Positions 39,358 to 53,908 are shown, numbered from the stretch's first letter. The stretch: 64,000 nucleotides of DNA from Trueperaceae bacterium (GCA_965213705.1 OZ243913.1:2752001-2816000); one strand, 5' to 3'. Numbers and translations: made by a program. The notes: generated from the sequence alone by a model not told the origin.

Positions 39358-40626
39358 ATGCTTAAAGACACGTCTCCAAAAGAAGTTGAGTTGTCGTTCG
39401 AGGACAAGCTCTACGCCTTCGCCGACCTTGTGGTCCGCGTCGGCCTCAACTTGCAAAGGGGCCAACAACTCATAGTTCGGGCCGCCGTAGAAACCGCCCC
39501 CTTTACTCGCCAAGTCGTCGAGACGGCTTACCGGGCGGGCGCGCCCTTTGTCAACGTGCTGTGGAACGACGACGCGGTGACGCTGGCGCGGTTTAAGCAC
39601 GCCCCCAAGGACTCGTTCGAGCTTTTTCCCGAGTGGACGCGCGACGCGCTGCTCGCCGCCGCCGCGCGGGGCGACGCCGTGCTGACTATCTACGCCGCCG
39701 ACCCCGAACTCTTAAAAGACCAAGACCCCGAAAACGTCGCCACCGTCCAGCGCGTCACCCAGACCGAGATGCGGCCCTTTACCGAGCACATCATGAACAG
39801 CGACGTGAATTGGTGCATCGTCAGCGTGCCGATTCCGAGTTGGGCGGCCAAAGTTTTTCCGGACGCGACGCCCGAAGTCGCCGAGCGCAAACTTTGGAAT
39901 GCAATCTTTACAACCGTGCGCGCCGACCGGGCGGACCCGGTAGCCGCGTGGCAAACCCACCTGGCAAATTTGGAAGCGCGGCGCACCTACCTCACCGACA
40001 AGCAGTACCGCGCGCTCCACTACCGCGCGCCGGGCACCGACCTCACGGTGGGTCTGGCCGACGGCCACCTGTGGCTCGGCGGCACGCAGCCGACCAAGGA
40101 CGGCGTCGTTTACGTCGCCAACCTGCCGACCGAAGAGGTGTTCACCATGCCGCACCGGGGGCGTGTGGACGGCACGGTGCGCAACACCTTGCCGCTGAGC
40201 TATGCGGGCAACCTCATCGACGGGTTCGAACTCGTGTTCAAAGACGGTGAAGTCGTGGACTACCGCGCCGAGCGGGGCGCGGAGGTGTTGGAGCGTTTGC
40301 TGGACACCGACGAAGGCGCGCGCCGTTTGGGCGAGGTCGCGCTCGTCCCGCACTCGAGCCCGATTTCCCTGTCCCATATCCTCTACTACAACACCCTGTT
40401 CGACGAAAACGCCTCGTCGCACTTAGCCTTGGGCCGCGCTTACCGCTTCAACGTCGCGGGCGGCACCGAAATGTCGGAAGCGGAAATCACGGCAGCCGGG
40501 GCCAACGACAGCCTCACCCACGTCGACTTTATGGTCGGCTCTGAAAACATGGACATCGACGGTATAACGAGCCGAGGCGAGCGCGAGCCCGTCATGCGCG
40601 GCGGCGAATGGGCGTTTGCGGTCTAA
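39358..40626 (+). CDS. M29 family aminopeptidase (AmpT/PepS-like)
   Basis: ANLPTEEVFT, GEVALVP, YYNTLFDENASSHLALG, HVDFMVG. Confidence 0.95.
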   Translation: MLKDTSPKEVELSFEDKLYAFADLVVRVGLNLQRGQQLIVRAAVETAPFTRQVVETAYRAGAPFVNVLWNDDAVTLARFKHAPKDSFELFPEWTRDALLAAAARGDAVLTIYAADPELLKDQDPENVATVQRVTQTEMRPFTEHIMNSDVNWCIVSVPIPSWAAKVFPDATPEVAERKLWNAIFTTVRADRADPVAAWQTHLANLEARRTYLTDKQYRALHYRAPGTDLTVGLADGHLWLGGTQPTKDGVVYVANLPTEEVFTMPHRGRVDGTVRNTLPLSYAGNLIDGFELVFKDGEVVDYRAERGAEVLERLLDTDEGARRLGEVALVPHSSPISLSHILYYNTLFDENASSHLALGRAYRFNVAGGTEMSEAEITAAGANDSLTHVDFMVGSENMDIDGITSRGEREPVMRGGEWAFAV

Positions 40627-40706
40627 AGAGAGTACCGAGGACCGAGTTGAAAGTACCGAGTGAAAAATCCACTTTCAACTCGGTCCTCAGGACTCGGTAC
40701 TCTCTT
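40626..40706. repeat. Heptamer-based inverted repeat or terminator-like element
   Basis: AAGAGAGTACCGAGGACCGAGTTGAAAGT ... ACTTTCAACTCGGTCCTC...CTCGGTACTCTCTT. Confidence 0.65.
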
Positions 40707-40760
40707 CAAACAACCTAAACCTCAACTCGAAAGTGAGACAATAGACGCTGTGATGACGCG

Positions 40761-42923
<2,163 letters not shown>

Positions 42924-42989
42924 GGTGAAAGCACAAACGACCGTTGAGTTTCAGGAAGATTGTGATAACGTTTGTGCTAACATGCGCTT

Positions 42990-43223
42990 ATGAACAACGT
43001 CGTAAAAACCAAACTTCGCGCCGTTGGGAACTCGACAGGGATTGTCCTCAGCAAAGAAGTTCTGTCCGACATGGCGCTAAAACAGGGCGACGAAGTGTTT
43101 TTGGTCAAGACCGAAGACGGCTACAAAATTACGCCCTACGATGCACAATTCGAGCAGCAGATGAAGGCGGCCGAGCAGGGGATGCAGCAGTACCGCAACG
43201 CGCTGAGAGAACTGGCTAAGTAA
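42990..43223 (+). CDS. AbrB/MazE-family antitoxin
   Basis: KLRAVGNSTGIVLSKEVL...YRNALRELAK; upstream direct repeats TGTGATAAC/TGTGCTAAC. Confidence 0.9.
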   Translation: MNNVVKTKLRAVGNSTGIVLSKEVLSDMALKQGDEVFLVKTEDGYKITPYDAQFEQQMKAAEQGMQQYRNALRELAK

Positions 43224-43227
43224 GCCT

Positions 43228-43620
43228 GTGGCAACGCCGGAGCCTCAGTGGCTGCTGCCGAACGTCGTCCTCGCCGCGCACGACGCGCAACTGGCGGAGC
43301 ACGGTGGACTGGCGGGTATCAGGGACGCGGGCGCGCTGGACTCGGCACTCGCTCGTCCTGAGAATCACTACCACTACGGCGAGCGCAACCTGTTCATGCT
43401 GGCGACGATGTACGCGAGCGGCATCGTCAAAAATCATCCTTTTGCAGACGGTAACAAGCGCACGGGTTTTTTGGCGGCGTTCATCTTTTTGACCGTCAAC
43501 GGCTACGCGCTGCAAGCCCCTGAAGCTGAGGCAGTCGTGATGACGCAGGGTCTGGCCTCGAGCGAAATCGACGAGCCGGGGTTTGCAAAGTGGCTCGAGG
43601 ACAACTCAGTGGCCGTGTGA
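43228..43620 (+). CDS. doc: Death-on-curing (Doc/Fic) family toxin
   Basis: HGGLAGIRD, HPFADGNKRTG. Confidence 0.92.
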   Translation: MATPEPQWLLPNVVLAAHDAQLAEHGGLAGIRDAGALDSALARPENHYHYGERNLFMLATMYASGIVKNHPFADGNKRTGFLAAFIFLTVNGYALQAPEAEAVVMTQGLASSEIDEPGFAKWLEDNSVAV

Positions 43621-43662
43621 GCGTACTGTAAGCTTCAACTTTAGAGCTATACTCGACACCCT

Positions 43663-44490
43663 ATGAAACTGACTTTATTGGGTACAGGAACGCCTGTTTT
43701 AGAGTCCACGCGGCAAGGCTCGGCGTTTCTCGTGCAAGTCGGAGAACAAAACCTTCTTTTCGATGCCGGGCGAGGCGTCAGTAGCCAACTTCTGCTCATT
43801 GGGCTGGTCCCCGAACACCTCGACTATCTTTTTATCACCCATCACCACGCCGACCACATCGGCGGCCTGGGCGATTTGCTGGTGTCTGCTTGGCACGCCG
43901 GTCGCCGGAAGCCTATCCGAGTTTTCGGGCCGCCTGGTACGAGAGAGATAGTCGATACGCTTTTGAACGTCGTCTACAAGCGTGACATCACCTTTGCCTT
44001 GACAGGTGAGGACAAACCCGACATCAACACGCTCATCGAGGTGCGAGAGGTCACGGCGGGCGCTTCAATTCGAGAAGCGTCCTGGCTCCTCTCGGTCGGG
44101 TCGGTCAAACATGGGAATAGGTTGAGCCAAGCCGAGTTTCCCTGCTTGGGCTACCGGCTCGAGGCCGATGGCAAAGTTATAGCCTTGACCGGCGACTCGG
44201 TTGCAAGTGACGGTTGGTACACCTTGGCACAAGATGCCGACGTGTTGATTCAAAGCTGCTACCTGGCAAAAGCCGAAGTCACAACACCCGAATTCGAATA
44301 CCTCGCCGAACACGTCATCGCGGACTCGTCTCAGGTTGGCAAAATGGCAACCAAGGCCGAGGTGAAAACACTGGTGCTGACGCATTTCAGAAGAAAGTCT
44401 CTGGCTCTGATGCACCTTTTGCAAGACGACGTGCAAAAAGACTTCAGCGGCAAATTTATACTGGGTGAAGACCTTAAAATCCCCGTTTAA
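43663..44490 (+). CDS. MBL-fold hydrolase (RNase Z/AtsA-like)
   Basis: LLGTGTP, FDAGRG, THHHADHIGG, TGDS, LTHF. Confidence 0.9.
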   Translation: MKLTLLGTGTPVLESTRQGSAFLVQVGEQNLLFDAGRGVSSQLLLIGLVPEHLDYLFITHHHADHIGGLGDLLVSAWHAGRRKPIRVFGPPGTREIVDTLLNVVYKRDITFALTGEDKPDINTLIEVREVTAGASIREASWLLSVGSVKHGNRLSQAEFPCLGYRLEADGKVIALTGDSVASDGWYTLAQDADVLIQSCYLAKAEVTTPEFEYLAEHVIADSSQVGKMATKAEVKTLVLTHFRRKSLALMHLLQDDVQKDFSGKFILGEDLKIPV

Positions 44491-44896
44491 GCGGTAAATA
44501 TAAGTTTGTTTCTTGCCACCCGCATCATCGTGGCAACCGCTCTTTATTTGGGCTCGAGCCGTGCGACGTAGAACTGACGGCACAAGCGCTCTAGGTCGCT
44601 GTGTTTCTGGGTTACGAGCGCAAGCATCATCTGTGTACAGGATACTTCACAAACGTGGGGTACGGCAGAAAACCCTTGAAGAGCGAGCTTTTCTTGAGCA
44701 AGTTCTGAAACAAGAAGGTTGGGAATAGAGTAGGCTCGAGGTCGTTTCAACGGTCATAAAAGCTTGAGCGTGGTGGCTCGAGCCTCGTGACCAGAGATGA
44801 CAAGATTCATGCGTTTTCAGGAGTTGAAAGTGTTGGGTAGGCTTATGAAATTCAACAGAATTTTTAGGCTCGTAGAATTTCAAACTTCACAATCAC

Positions 44897-46711
44897 CTAT
44901 TGCCTAACGAGACTTACAAGCCTAGTTACAATTTCTGTCAGTGTCAAATCCGCAGAAACATTATTTGAATCTTGAAGCGAAAGCGATATGGCTCCCAAAA
45001 CGGGTTTGGCAGGTTGATTTGAAAATAGGTCATACTCCTCTGAGTGATAGCGGTTCCAAGAATCACCCGCCCCCCCTGATTGTTTAGGATATAAAAGTAT
45101 TAGAGCTTGGGTAGAAGGGAAACCTCCATTGACCGAACCAAGTCCATGAAGATATTTTAACGCCATTGAAGGTAATTCGTCCCCCCACGAATTTGGGTTT
45201 TTATACTTGGCATCCAGCACGATATACTGGTAGCTGTTAGAACCTCTACATTCCAAGACGAAGTCGGGACGATACGGATATTTTTGGTAAGAGCCATGTT
45301 TCACATCAATCAAACCGTCTACATCGGAGTTTGCACGACTAAGATTTGGCTCGTAATAGAGTGTAGCCCACTGGTTGTTTCGATTGCTAAAAACATATTT
45401 GTCATACGGATTTTCTATAGCCATCAGGCTGGCATTTTCTGAACTGAGATGGGTAGCCTCTTGTTTCTCAAAGCCAGCGCTTGTGACAGCCTCAACAAGT
45501 TTAAATAAGCAGAAAAACTCATAAAGTTTGTCAATCGTCCGTAAGCCCAAAAGGAATCTATCCAAACGCCTGTCCAAACCTCCCAGGGCATACCAAGCTC
45601 TAATACGTTCAAACAAGCTTCGGTAGTGTGGGTAGCTATGAAAACCCGAGGTGAGCTTGGGGGATTCTCGAAGCGGACGATGAACGGGAACTACTTCTTG
45701 CAGTTGATGTTGGCAGTATCTGCACAAGCTTTGTAAGGCTCGACATTGGGTTAGCAAGCGTTCGCAGTAAGCTTGCCCAAACTCCCTCCTGATAATGTTG
45801 AAACTTTGATAACCTATCGGAATATCGGTGGGGGTTTCTAGCTCCCACATAAACTCGAGTTGCTCCTGGTAGTATGCTTCAATTTGTTGAAGCTTGGCAG
45901 CAACGTCAACCAGATAACCATGAATAATTTGATTTTCGTAAACGTCTGTATCTTCTACTAATTCTTCGGTTTCGATGACTTGTGGCGTATAGCGGCGATT
46001 GCCTATAGCAACCGCTCTAGCATTTCCAGGCGAAGGTACAAGCGTGTCTAGGTGATTAGTCAACCAGTGGGTAGCATACTCGCCCACGTACCCCACTTGT
46101 GACCACGAGCGCAAAGAAGGCTGTGGAGTAAGACGACTTCTCTTTTTTTGGCGTAATCTCACCAAAGAGGCTTGCAAAAGGTCGAGTCCATAGCGAGCCT
46201 CTTCCATCAAAACTCGTGCGTGGCGGAAACCGCCTAGTTTTTGGTCAGTACCAGAACCCTGAGTAGTCAGACTAAAGCACGACTTTACAATGTCGTCAAA
46301 ATGCCTCTCGAGGTATTGTAGAAGTAGTTCCACTTGCTCGGCGTTGAATTTTCTTGCGTACACCTCTACAAATGTTTGAAAAGTTCTTGTCTCTCCACTT
46401 TGCTCGTGCAACTCGAGAACAATCCTGCTCGTACCGAAGTGATTTAAAAAGAATGAAGGCTTCTGATGCGGATACCACCGATATTCGGTAAAAACGTCGG
46501 CTGTACGCACCTCACTCGGTTCTATACTGGCGTCGCCAATCCACAGCCGAGGTCGAGACTCGTAACGCATTTTATCTACTAAAACAAATTCCACAGGCTC
46601 AGTTTCTGTAATGCTCACTGAAGCTACGTGTTCATAATCAGCAAATTTTAGAAGCTCTCGTGCGCCACCACGGACTATAAATAGCTGAGGTTGTGCGGCA
46701 GAAAGCGTCAT
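44897..46711 (-). CDS. McrC-like DUF2357/PD-(D/E)xK nuclease
   Basis: DVYENQII, LYEFFCL, YRPDFVLE, IVLDAKYK; coupled (ATGA overlap) to the upstream McrB-like GTPase; AT-richer than host. Confidence 0.8.
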   Translation of the reverse strand: MTLSAAQPQLFIVRGGARELLKFADYEHVASVSITETEPVEFVLVDKMRYESRPRLWIGDASIEPSEVRTADVFTEYRWYPHQKPSFFLNHFGTSRIVLELHEQSGETRTFQTFVEVYARKFNAEQVELLLQYLERHFDDIVKSCFSLTTQGSGTDQKLGGFRHARVLMEEARYGLDLLQASLVRLRQKKRSRLTPQPSLRSWSQVGYVGEYATHWLTNHLDTLVPSPGNARAVAIGNRRYTPQVIETEELVEDTDVYENQIIHGYLVDVAAKLQQIEAYYQEQLEFMWELETPTDIPIGYQSFNIIRREFGQAYCERLLTQCRALQSLCRYCQHQLQEVVPVHRPLRESPKLTSGFHSYPHYRSLFERIRAWYALGGLDRRLDRFLLGLRTIDKLYEFFCLFKLVEAVTSAGFEKQEATHLSSENASLMAIENPYDKYVFSNRNNQWATLYYEPNLSRANSDVDGLIDVKHGSYQKYPYRPDFVLECRGSNSYQYIVLDAKYKNPNSWGDELPSMALKYLHGLGSVNGGFPSTQALILLYPKQSGGAGDSWNRYHSEEYDLFSNQPAKPVLGAISLSLQDSNNVSADLTLTEIVTRLVSLVRQ

Positions 46712-48779
46712 ACGAAAAAGCGATAAAAGCCATGTTCATTTTCGCCAACCTCGAGGATGCTCGCTAGCACCTGCTTACTGTGATCAAGCTGATCAATAGT
46801 TGTAACTAGGTCGTTTAATCGTGCTCTATAGGTGTCGCCATAACCGTTAATCAATGGAAGGACATGCTGCGCTACTGCGTAATCAAGCGCACTAAGTTCA
46901 TAGTGTTCGCGCATGAGCGGTCTAGCCACGCTACAAAATCGCTTGATAGTTTGCTGCTTGCGAGGGCTTATTATGATAGGCAAGCCTTTACTCGAGTCAG
47001 GCTCGTGTAGCGCTTTGATAATTTTATCAAGCAAGTCAAGCTCATCGGCTTCTAACTCCTGTCCACGTTCATTATTGAATAACCTGCACGTATCTTTTTC
47101 AGTGAGCAAACTCTTTTGTTCACTCGTCACCTCTTCTTCAATGAACTGAAAACTTTGACTTTGGGGTGGGTTGATTCTGATGACAGGTACACGGTCAAGC
47201 ATACGAGGAGATAGAGGCTCAGTTGTAGAGTCATAATTTACGGTTCCGAGAAACCGCATCGAGCGAGGTACTTCCAACTTTGCCTTCGCTCCTTTGTCGC
47301 CAGTGAGCAGTTCACGGCCTACATAATCATCGCACATGCGCAGGAAAGTGCTGAAGTAATGTTCTAAAGGACTTAGGTTGGCCTCGTCAAGGAGCACCCA
47401 AGATGGAAACGCTTTGGCTTCATCATCCTGAACGGCACTTAAAAGCTCGAAAAGTCCCGTGGCCGATGGTTGAAAGTTGCCACTCAACGGGTTGTAGAAA
47501 CCGATAAGGTCACGAGGAGAGGTCCAGCCGCGTGCTGTAGCGATAGTAAGAAAACGGTCAGCGTGCTCGAGTCCTAAAACGCGCGCTAGATAAGTTACTA
47601 AAGAGGTTTTACCGACTCCAGGTAAGCCCGCGAAAATGGTAAAAAAACTTTGCTGTATTGACACCAGATAATTTGCGAGTTCATGAGTAGCTATTTCTCT
47701 TCCAGCGTCACGTAATTTTCCTTGAACTTCTTGGATTAACTCTTGCGCTGTCGCTGGTTTATCATCACGTTCGCTCGGAATAGCGGAAACCATTACAGAC
47801 TCTGCTCGTGAAGGTATGACGCCATTGAGCATATCAACAAACGGCTTAAAGTCACTCAATTTTTCTCGTAGCTTCTCGCGGTTATCTTGTATATGACGCC
47901 TTAATTGCTCACTTGCCTGTTCTAAGTCCTCTTTCTCCTTCTCTAGTGTTTCTACAGCATTTTTACAATCATTGATATTGTTTTCCAAAGTGCGCTTTTG
48001 GAATTTCAGTACCTCGATTGAATTGCCAACTCCAAGTTTCTCAACCAGTAGAGTAAGTTCGGCCTCTTTACTTTCTATATCTCTATTCAGAATTTCCAAC
48101 TCTTTAGTAGAGGCCGCTAGGTTTTCCTCCTGCTTTTGCTTTTGGGATTTTTCTATTTGTTTAGAGAGTTTTTTCTCCTCCTCACGCAAAGCTTCGATTT
48201 TTTCTTGCTTCCCCTGAATCTCTTTTTCAATCTCGCCATATTGACTTTCAAATTGCTTCTGATACTTCGCCTTTGCTTGCTCGAGATAGGAGTCCCTATT
48301 GATTTCGAGAAAGTTGTCAATCTGTTTTACGCCCTGTTCTGACTTCAAGTAGTCGTTGATTAAACTGGAGCGCTGAGTGTTCCAGGTTTGTGTCCTATCA
48401 ATCAACTTCATTAAACGCTCTTTGCGTTCAGAAAAGTAGGGGGCATCTTTTATCAGAGAACTTATCTCTTGTCGAAATGAGCGCAAATCAGACTTGTTCA
48501 ATTTAATAGAGGATGTATCTGCTAACAAGGAATTACCCCACTTGACAAGTTCTTCGTCAGATATAAAATCTATATGGTCTAGTTCTGCCTTTCCCAAATC
48601 GTAAGCAGTAGCAGTTAAAACTAGATCTTGTGTATTGTTGTATTTGTCCTTCAACTCTGTGATCTCAAAATCGTCGTCAGTAAAGGTAAAAACGCAGTTT
48701 TCAGGCAGATTTTTTATGTTATACGGAGGTTTGAGTTCAACGCTAGGTAGTGGTTTAGCAAAGACTGATAAGCTAAGGA

Positions 48780-49058
48780 ATGGTCACCAAAGTTGTACGT
48801 TGCTGCCACTGCGAGAGCGAAGAGCTTGTCAAGAACGGTCATGCACCAAACGGCAAGCAAAAGTACCTGTGTCGAGCGTGCGGCAAGTCCAGTCGCGAGA
48901 ACGCGAGCACTAAAGGGTACAGCGAAGCGAAGAAAGATGAGATACTGAAGTCGTATCAGGAGCGCTCTAGTATGCGTGGGCTGACCAGAACATTCGGCGT
49001 GTCCCGCACCACAATAGCGAAATGGCTCAAAAAAAGCCGCGACGACACCGCCGCTTAG
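48780..49058 (+). CDS. insA: IS1 InsA-like (Zn ribbon + HTH)
   Basis: CCHCES..VKNG...GKQKYLCRACG, SMRGLTRTFGVSRTTIAKWLKK. Confidence 0.85.
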   Translation: MVTKVVRCCHCESEELVKNGHAPNGKQKYLCRACGKSSRENASTKGYSEAKKDEILKSYQERSSMRGLTRTFGVSRTTIAKWLKKSRDDTAA

Positions 49059-49092
49059 CGCCACACTGGTTACGCCCGAGAACCCTGAAGCG

Positions 49093-49509
49093 GTGCAACT
49101 CGAACTCGACGAGATGTGGTCATTTGTTCGATGTAGACGTAACAAACGGTGGGCCTGGATAGCGCTTTGTAAGCAGACACGCCAGGTGGTCGCTTGTGTT
49201 GTAGGTGGACGTGGCATTGCTACTTGTCAAAAACTTTGGCGTAACATCCCAGATGCTTATAAACAAGGCACGGTGTTTAGTGACTTCTGGGAAGCTTATC
49301 AGGCCGTCGTTCCCGATGAACAGCATCAAGCTGTTGGTAAAGACTCAGGGCTTACAGCACACGTCGAGCGCTTTAACAATACTATCCGCCAACGCCTAGC
49401 GCGCTTTGTCAGAAAGACCTTATCCTTCTCCAAGTCCGAACACATGCACCTCATTTGCTTGCATCTGTTCTTGGTCCGCTACAATCTTGAGCGTGCTGCT
49501 GTCAGTTGA
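49093..49509 (+). CDS. insB: IS1 InsB-like DDE domain
   Basis: LELDEMWSFV, SDFWEAY, HVERFNNTIRQRLARFVRKTLSFSKS. Confidence 0.85.
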   Translation: MQLELDEMWSFVRCRRNKRWAWIALCKQTRQVVACVVGGRGIATCQKLWRNIPDAYKQGTVFSDFWEAYQAVVPDEQHQAVGKDSGLTAHVERFNNTIRQRLARFVRKTLSFSKSEHMHLICLHLFLVRYNLERAAVS

Positions 49510-50086
49510 TGGTGGGCCACTACCCAACGCTAAACAAACCTTCATTAGGTTGGGGTTTAACTGTGTAGGCAAAAGGACCATAAAGCCCCTTAGAACTTGA
49601 GTCTCGCAAAACGATGAGTCGTGAGGGTTTGAAGCGTAAGTTCTCGATAGTTCGCTGCGAAGGGTCAAAAGCGGCTTCCAGGACGTGAAAATACTCAGTC
49701 CTTTCAACAGGAGTTATGTCTTTATCTCTTGCGATGAATTTGGCCTTTGAAGGATTATACGGTTCGAACTGATCATTCTCGCTGTAAGAGACGCGAAACA
49801 AATCTATTTCAGAGTATCCAGATTCTATTGCCTCATAGTTGTAGGTAACAAAAATGGCGTTATCGTTTGGAAACTCGTTAGACATTACAGGTCTTGCGCC
49901 CGCGTCATTTTCGATCAACAGAGGGCGGACCAAACCAGATGTTTGTGACAATGTTTGCTCGAGTTTTGCAGCTACTACTTCCACGCATCCTCCAAAACTG
50001 CTTCTGTATTTTATTCAGTTAAGATTACCATTAGAGTCTGATGTGAGCAAACGAATCTGTTTCGAGAAGTTTTAGAAAGTTGACGG

Positions 50087-51797
<1,711 letters not shown>

Positions 51798-51860
51798 GGG
51801 AGTTTTTCGTTTTTAGACCAATGACGAAATACGAAGAACGAACGACTTTTTAGGAGCGAA

Positions 51861-53147
51861 ATGCGAATAAAAATTAGTAACGCCCACCTCATCGACGCCG
51901 GCAAAGATTACGGCGTCGGCGACCTCTATTTGAACGATGGAATCATCGAAGGCATGAATTTGGGCGGCGAGACCGACGAGAGTTTCGACGCGCGCGGCAA
52001 CGTGGTCACGCCCGCCTTTATTGACCTGCACACGCACCTGCGCGAGCCGGGGGGTGAGACCAAAGAGGACTTGCGCAGCGGTCTCGCCGCCGCCGCCGCG
52101 GGTGGCTTCGGGACGGTCGTGAGCATGGCGAACACAACCCCGACGGTGGACGAGCCCGGTTTGGTTGCGGGCTTGATAGCCAAAGCGGAGCGCATCGGGC
52201 AAGCGCGGTTGCGGCCGGCGGCGGCGCTCAGCCACGGCCTCGGCGGCAAAACGCTGACCGACTTCGCCGCCTTGCAAGCGGCGGGCGCGGTGATGATCAC
52301 CGACGACGGGATTCCCGTGGCGGACGCGCACCTTATGCGGCGGGCTTGCGAGTACGCCGCAGAATTGGGCCTTGTGGTTCAAACACATTCAGAGGAGCCG
52401 AGTTTGCGGCAAGACGGCGTGATGAACGAAGGGCGCGTGTCACAGCGCCTCGGCTTGCCCGGCAACCCGGCGAGCGCCGAAGCGGTAATGATTTTCCGCG
52501 ACTACGAACTCGCACTGATGACGGGGGCGAGGGTCCATATCGCGCACGTGTCGTCCAAACGTGGGGCGCAGGTTGTTGAGTGGTTCAAGGAGCAGGGCGC
52601 GCCCGTCACCGCCGAGGTGACGCCGCATCACCTGACACTCACGGACGAAGCCCTCGAGACCTTCGACCCGGTCTATAAAGTCGCTCCGCCGTTGCGGACA
52701 CAAAAAGACGTCAACTACTTGCGGGACGCCCTAAAGCGCGGCGTGTTCGACAGCGTCGGCACCGACCACGCGCCGCACACCCGCGCCGAGAAAGAGCGCG
52801 ACCTGCTCACTGCGCCTTTCGGCATCGCCAACATCGAGGTGACGTTTCCGCTGCTTTATACCGAGTTGGTGAAGACGGGCGGCCTCGAGCTGCAAGCTCT
52901 CCTTCGCCTCTTGCAAACCGGCCCCGCACGAGTGATGGGTTGGGACGCGCCGAGGTTGAAACCGGGTAGCCCGGCCGACCTGGTGGTGCTCGAGCTGAAC
53001 ACGGCTCACGAAGTTGCGCCCAAGCTCTTCAAAACCAAGGCCAAGTTCAGTCCCTGGACGGGGCGCAGCTTGTGGGGCTGGCCCGTGGCGACGTGGGTTG
53101 GCGGCGACCGTGTTTACACGCGGGCGGGCGCGCTTGCCTCTATCTGA
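51861..53147 (+). CDS. pyrC: Dihydroorotase
   Basis: DLHTHLREPG, EVTPHH, KVAPPLR, TDHAPH. Confidence 0.96.
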   Translation: MRIKISNAHLIDAGKDYGVGDLYLNDGIIEGMNLGGETDESFDARGNVVTPAFIDLHTHLREPGGETKEDLRSGLAAAAAGGFGTVVSMANTTPTVDEPGLVAGLIAKAERIGQARLRPAAALSHGLGGKTLTDFAALQAAGAVMITDDGIPVADAHLMRRACEYAAELGLVVQTHSEEPSLRQDGVMNEGRVSQRLGLPGNPASAEAVMIFRDYELALMTGARVHIAHVSSKRGAQVVEWFKEQGAPVTAEVTPHHLTLTDEALETFDPVYKVAPPLRTQKDVNYLRDALKRGVFDSVGTDHAPHTRAEKERDLLTAPFGIANIEVTFPLLYTELVKTGGLELQALLRLLQTGPARVMGWDAPRLKPGSPADLVVLELNTAHEVAPKLFKTKAKFSPWTGRSLWGWPVATWVGGDRVYTRAGALASI

Positions 53148-53218
53148 ACGCCCAACGCAGTCCCGGAACGGTGATAGATGCGACAGACACCATCAAAAGA
53201 CTTGAGTACACTAGACTC

Positions 53219-53884
53219 ATGATGAATCCTGCTCTCACCCCCAGGCAGCCTCAGCATCCTCTACCGCCGCTGACGGCAGCGCGCGACTATCCGCGCCGCT
53301 TGCTCGGCAAGGGTGACATCCTCTACCGCGACGGCGACACGGCCGACACCGTGTTTCGCGTGGAAGAGGGGCTGCTCAAACTCAGCATCGACCTCGTCAC
53401 CGGCAAGGAGCGTATCACCGGCGTGGCAGGTCCCGGCGACTTTATCGGCGCGATTACCCCGTCGCACTTTTCTCAGCAGGAAACGGCCCAAGCGCTGAGC
53501 CCTCAGGTCGTCGTGCAGGTGATTCCGAGCAGCGATGTCGGCGAAGACTTGAAAGACGAAGTGTACGCCGCCGCTGGGGTCCAACTCGCGCGTATGCGGC
53601 AAACCCTGGAAGACAGCGAGTTGCCCGTACCCGCCCGTCTGGCCCGAACTTTCGTGCGCTTGGGCGAACGCTTCGGCAACGTCTCGGACACGCACAACGT
53701 TCACCTCGCGCTGCCCCTGACCCACGACAACTTCGCCGCGATGGTCGGTGCCGCCCGCGAAACGACGACCGCCGTGTTGGGCGAGATGCGCAACGGCGGG
53801 CTGGTCGAAGGTACCCGCGGGCGCTACCGGTTCAACCTTGACACCTTGAGCGACTACGCGGTCGAGGCGTCGTTCGCTTACTAG
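53219..53884 (+). CDS. Crp/Fnr family transcriptional regulator
   Basis: LYRDGD, GPGDFIG, LTHDNFAAMVGAARETTT (HTH); start set at ATG 53219. Confidence 0.9.
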   Translation: MMNPALTPRQPQHPLPPLTAARDYPRRLLGKGDILYRDGDTADTVFRVEEGLLKLSIDLVTGKERITGVAGPGDFIGAITPSHFSQQETAQALSPQVVVQVIPSSDVGEDLKDEVYAAAGVQLARMRQTLEDSELPVPARLARTFVRLGERFGNVSDTHNVHLALPLTHDNFAAMVGAARETTTAVLGEMRNGGLVEGTRGRYRFNLDTLSDYAVEASFAY

Positions 53885-53908
53885 CAACGCCGGCGAAAAA
53901 GACGAATG

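Larger units (their letters stand above)
48746..49524 (+). mobile_element. IS1-family insertion sequence (779 bp)
   Basis: Ends GGTAGTGG.../...CCACTACC with further imperfect IR; 8-bp TSD CAACGCTA at 48738-48745 and 49525-49532. Confidence 0.93.
46708..49984 (-). pseudogene. McrB-like AAA+ GTPase with long coiled coil, interrupted by IS1
   Basis: Walker A GLPGVGKT, Walker B LLDEANLS, TVNYD (NxD), SPRMLDR; removing the IS and one TSD copy fuses the ORFs 49984-49520 and 48654-46708 in frame (829 aa). Confidence 0.85.

Noticed and set aside
44513..44883. Small ORFs at the left edge of the defence island
   Set aside because: No RBS or recognisable motifs; probably decayed sequence between CTCGAG sites.
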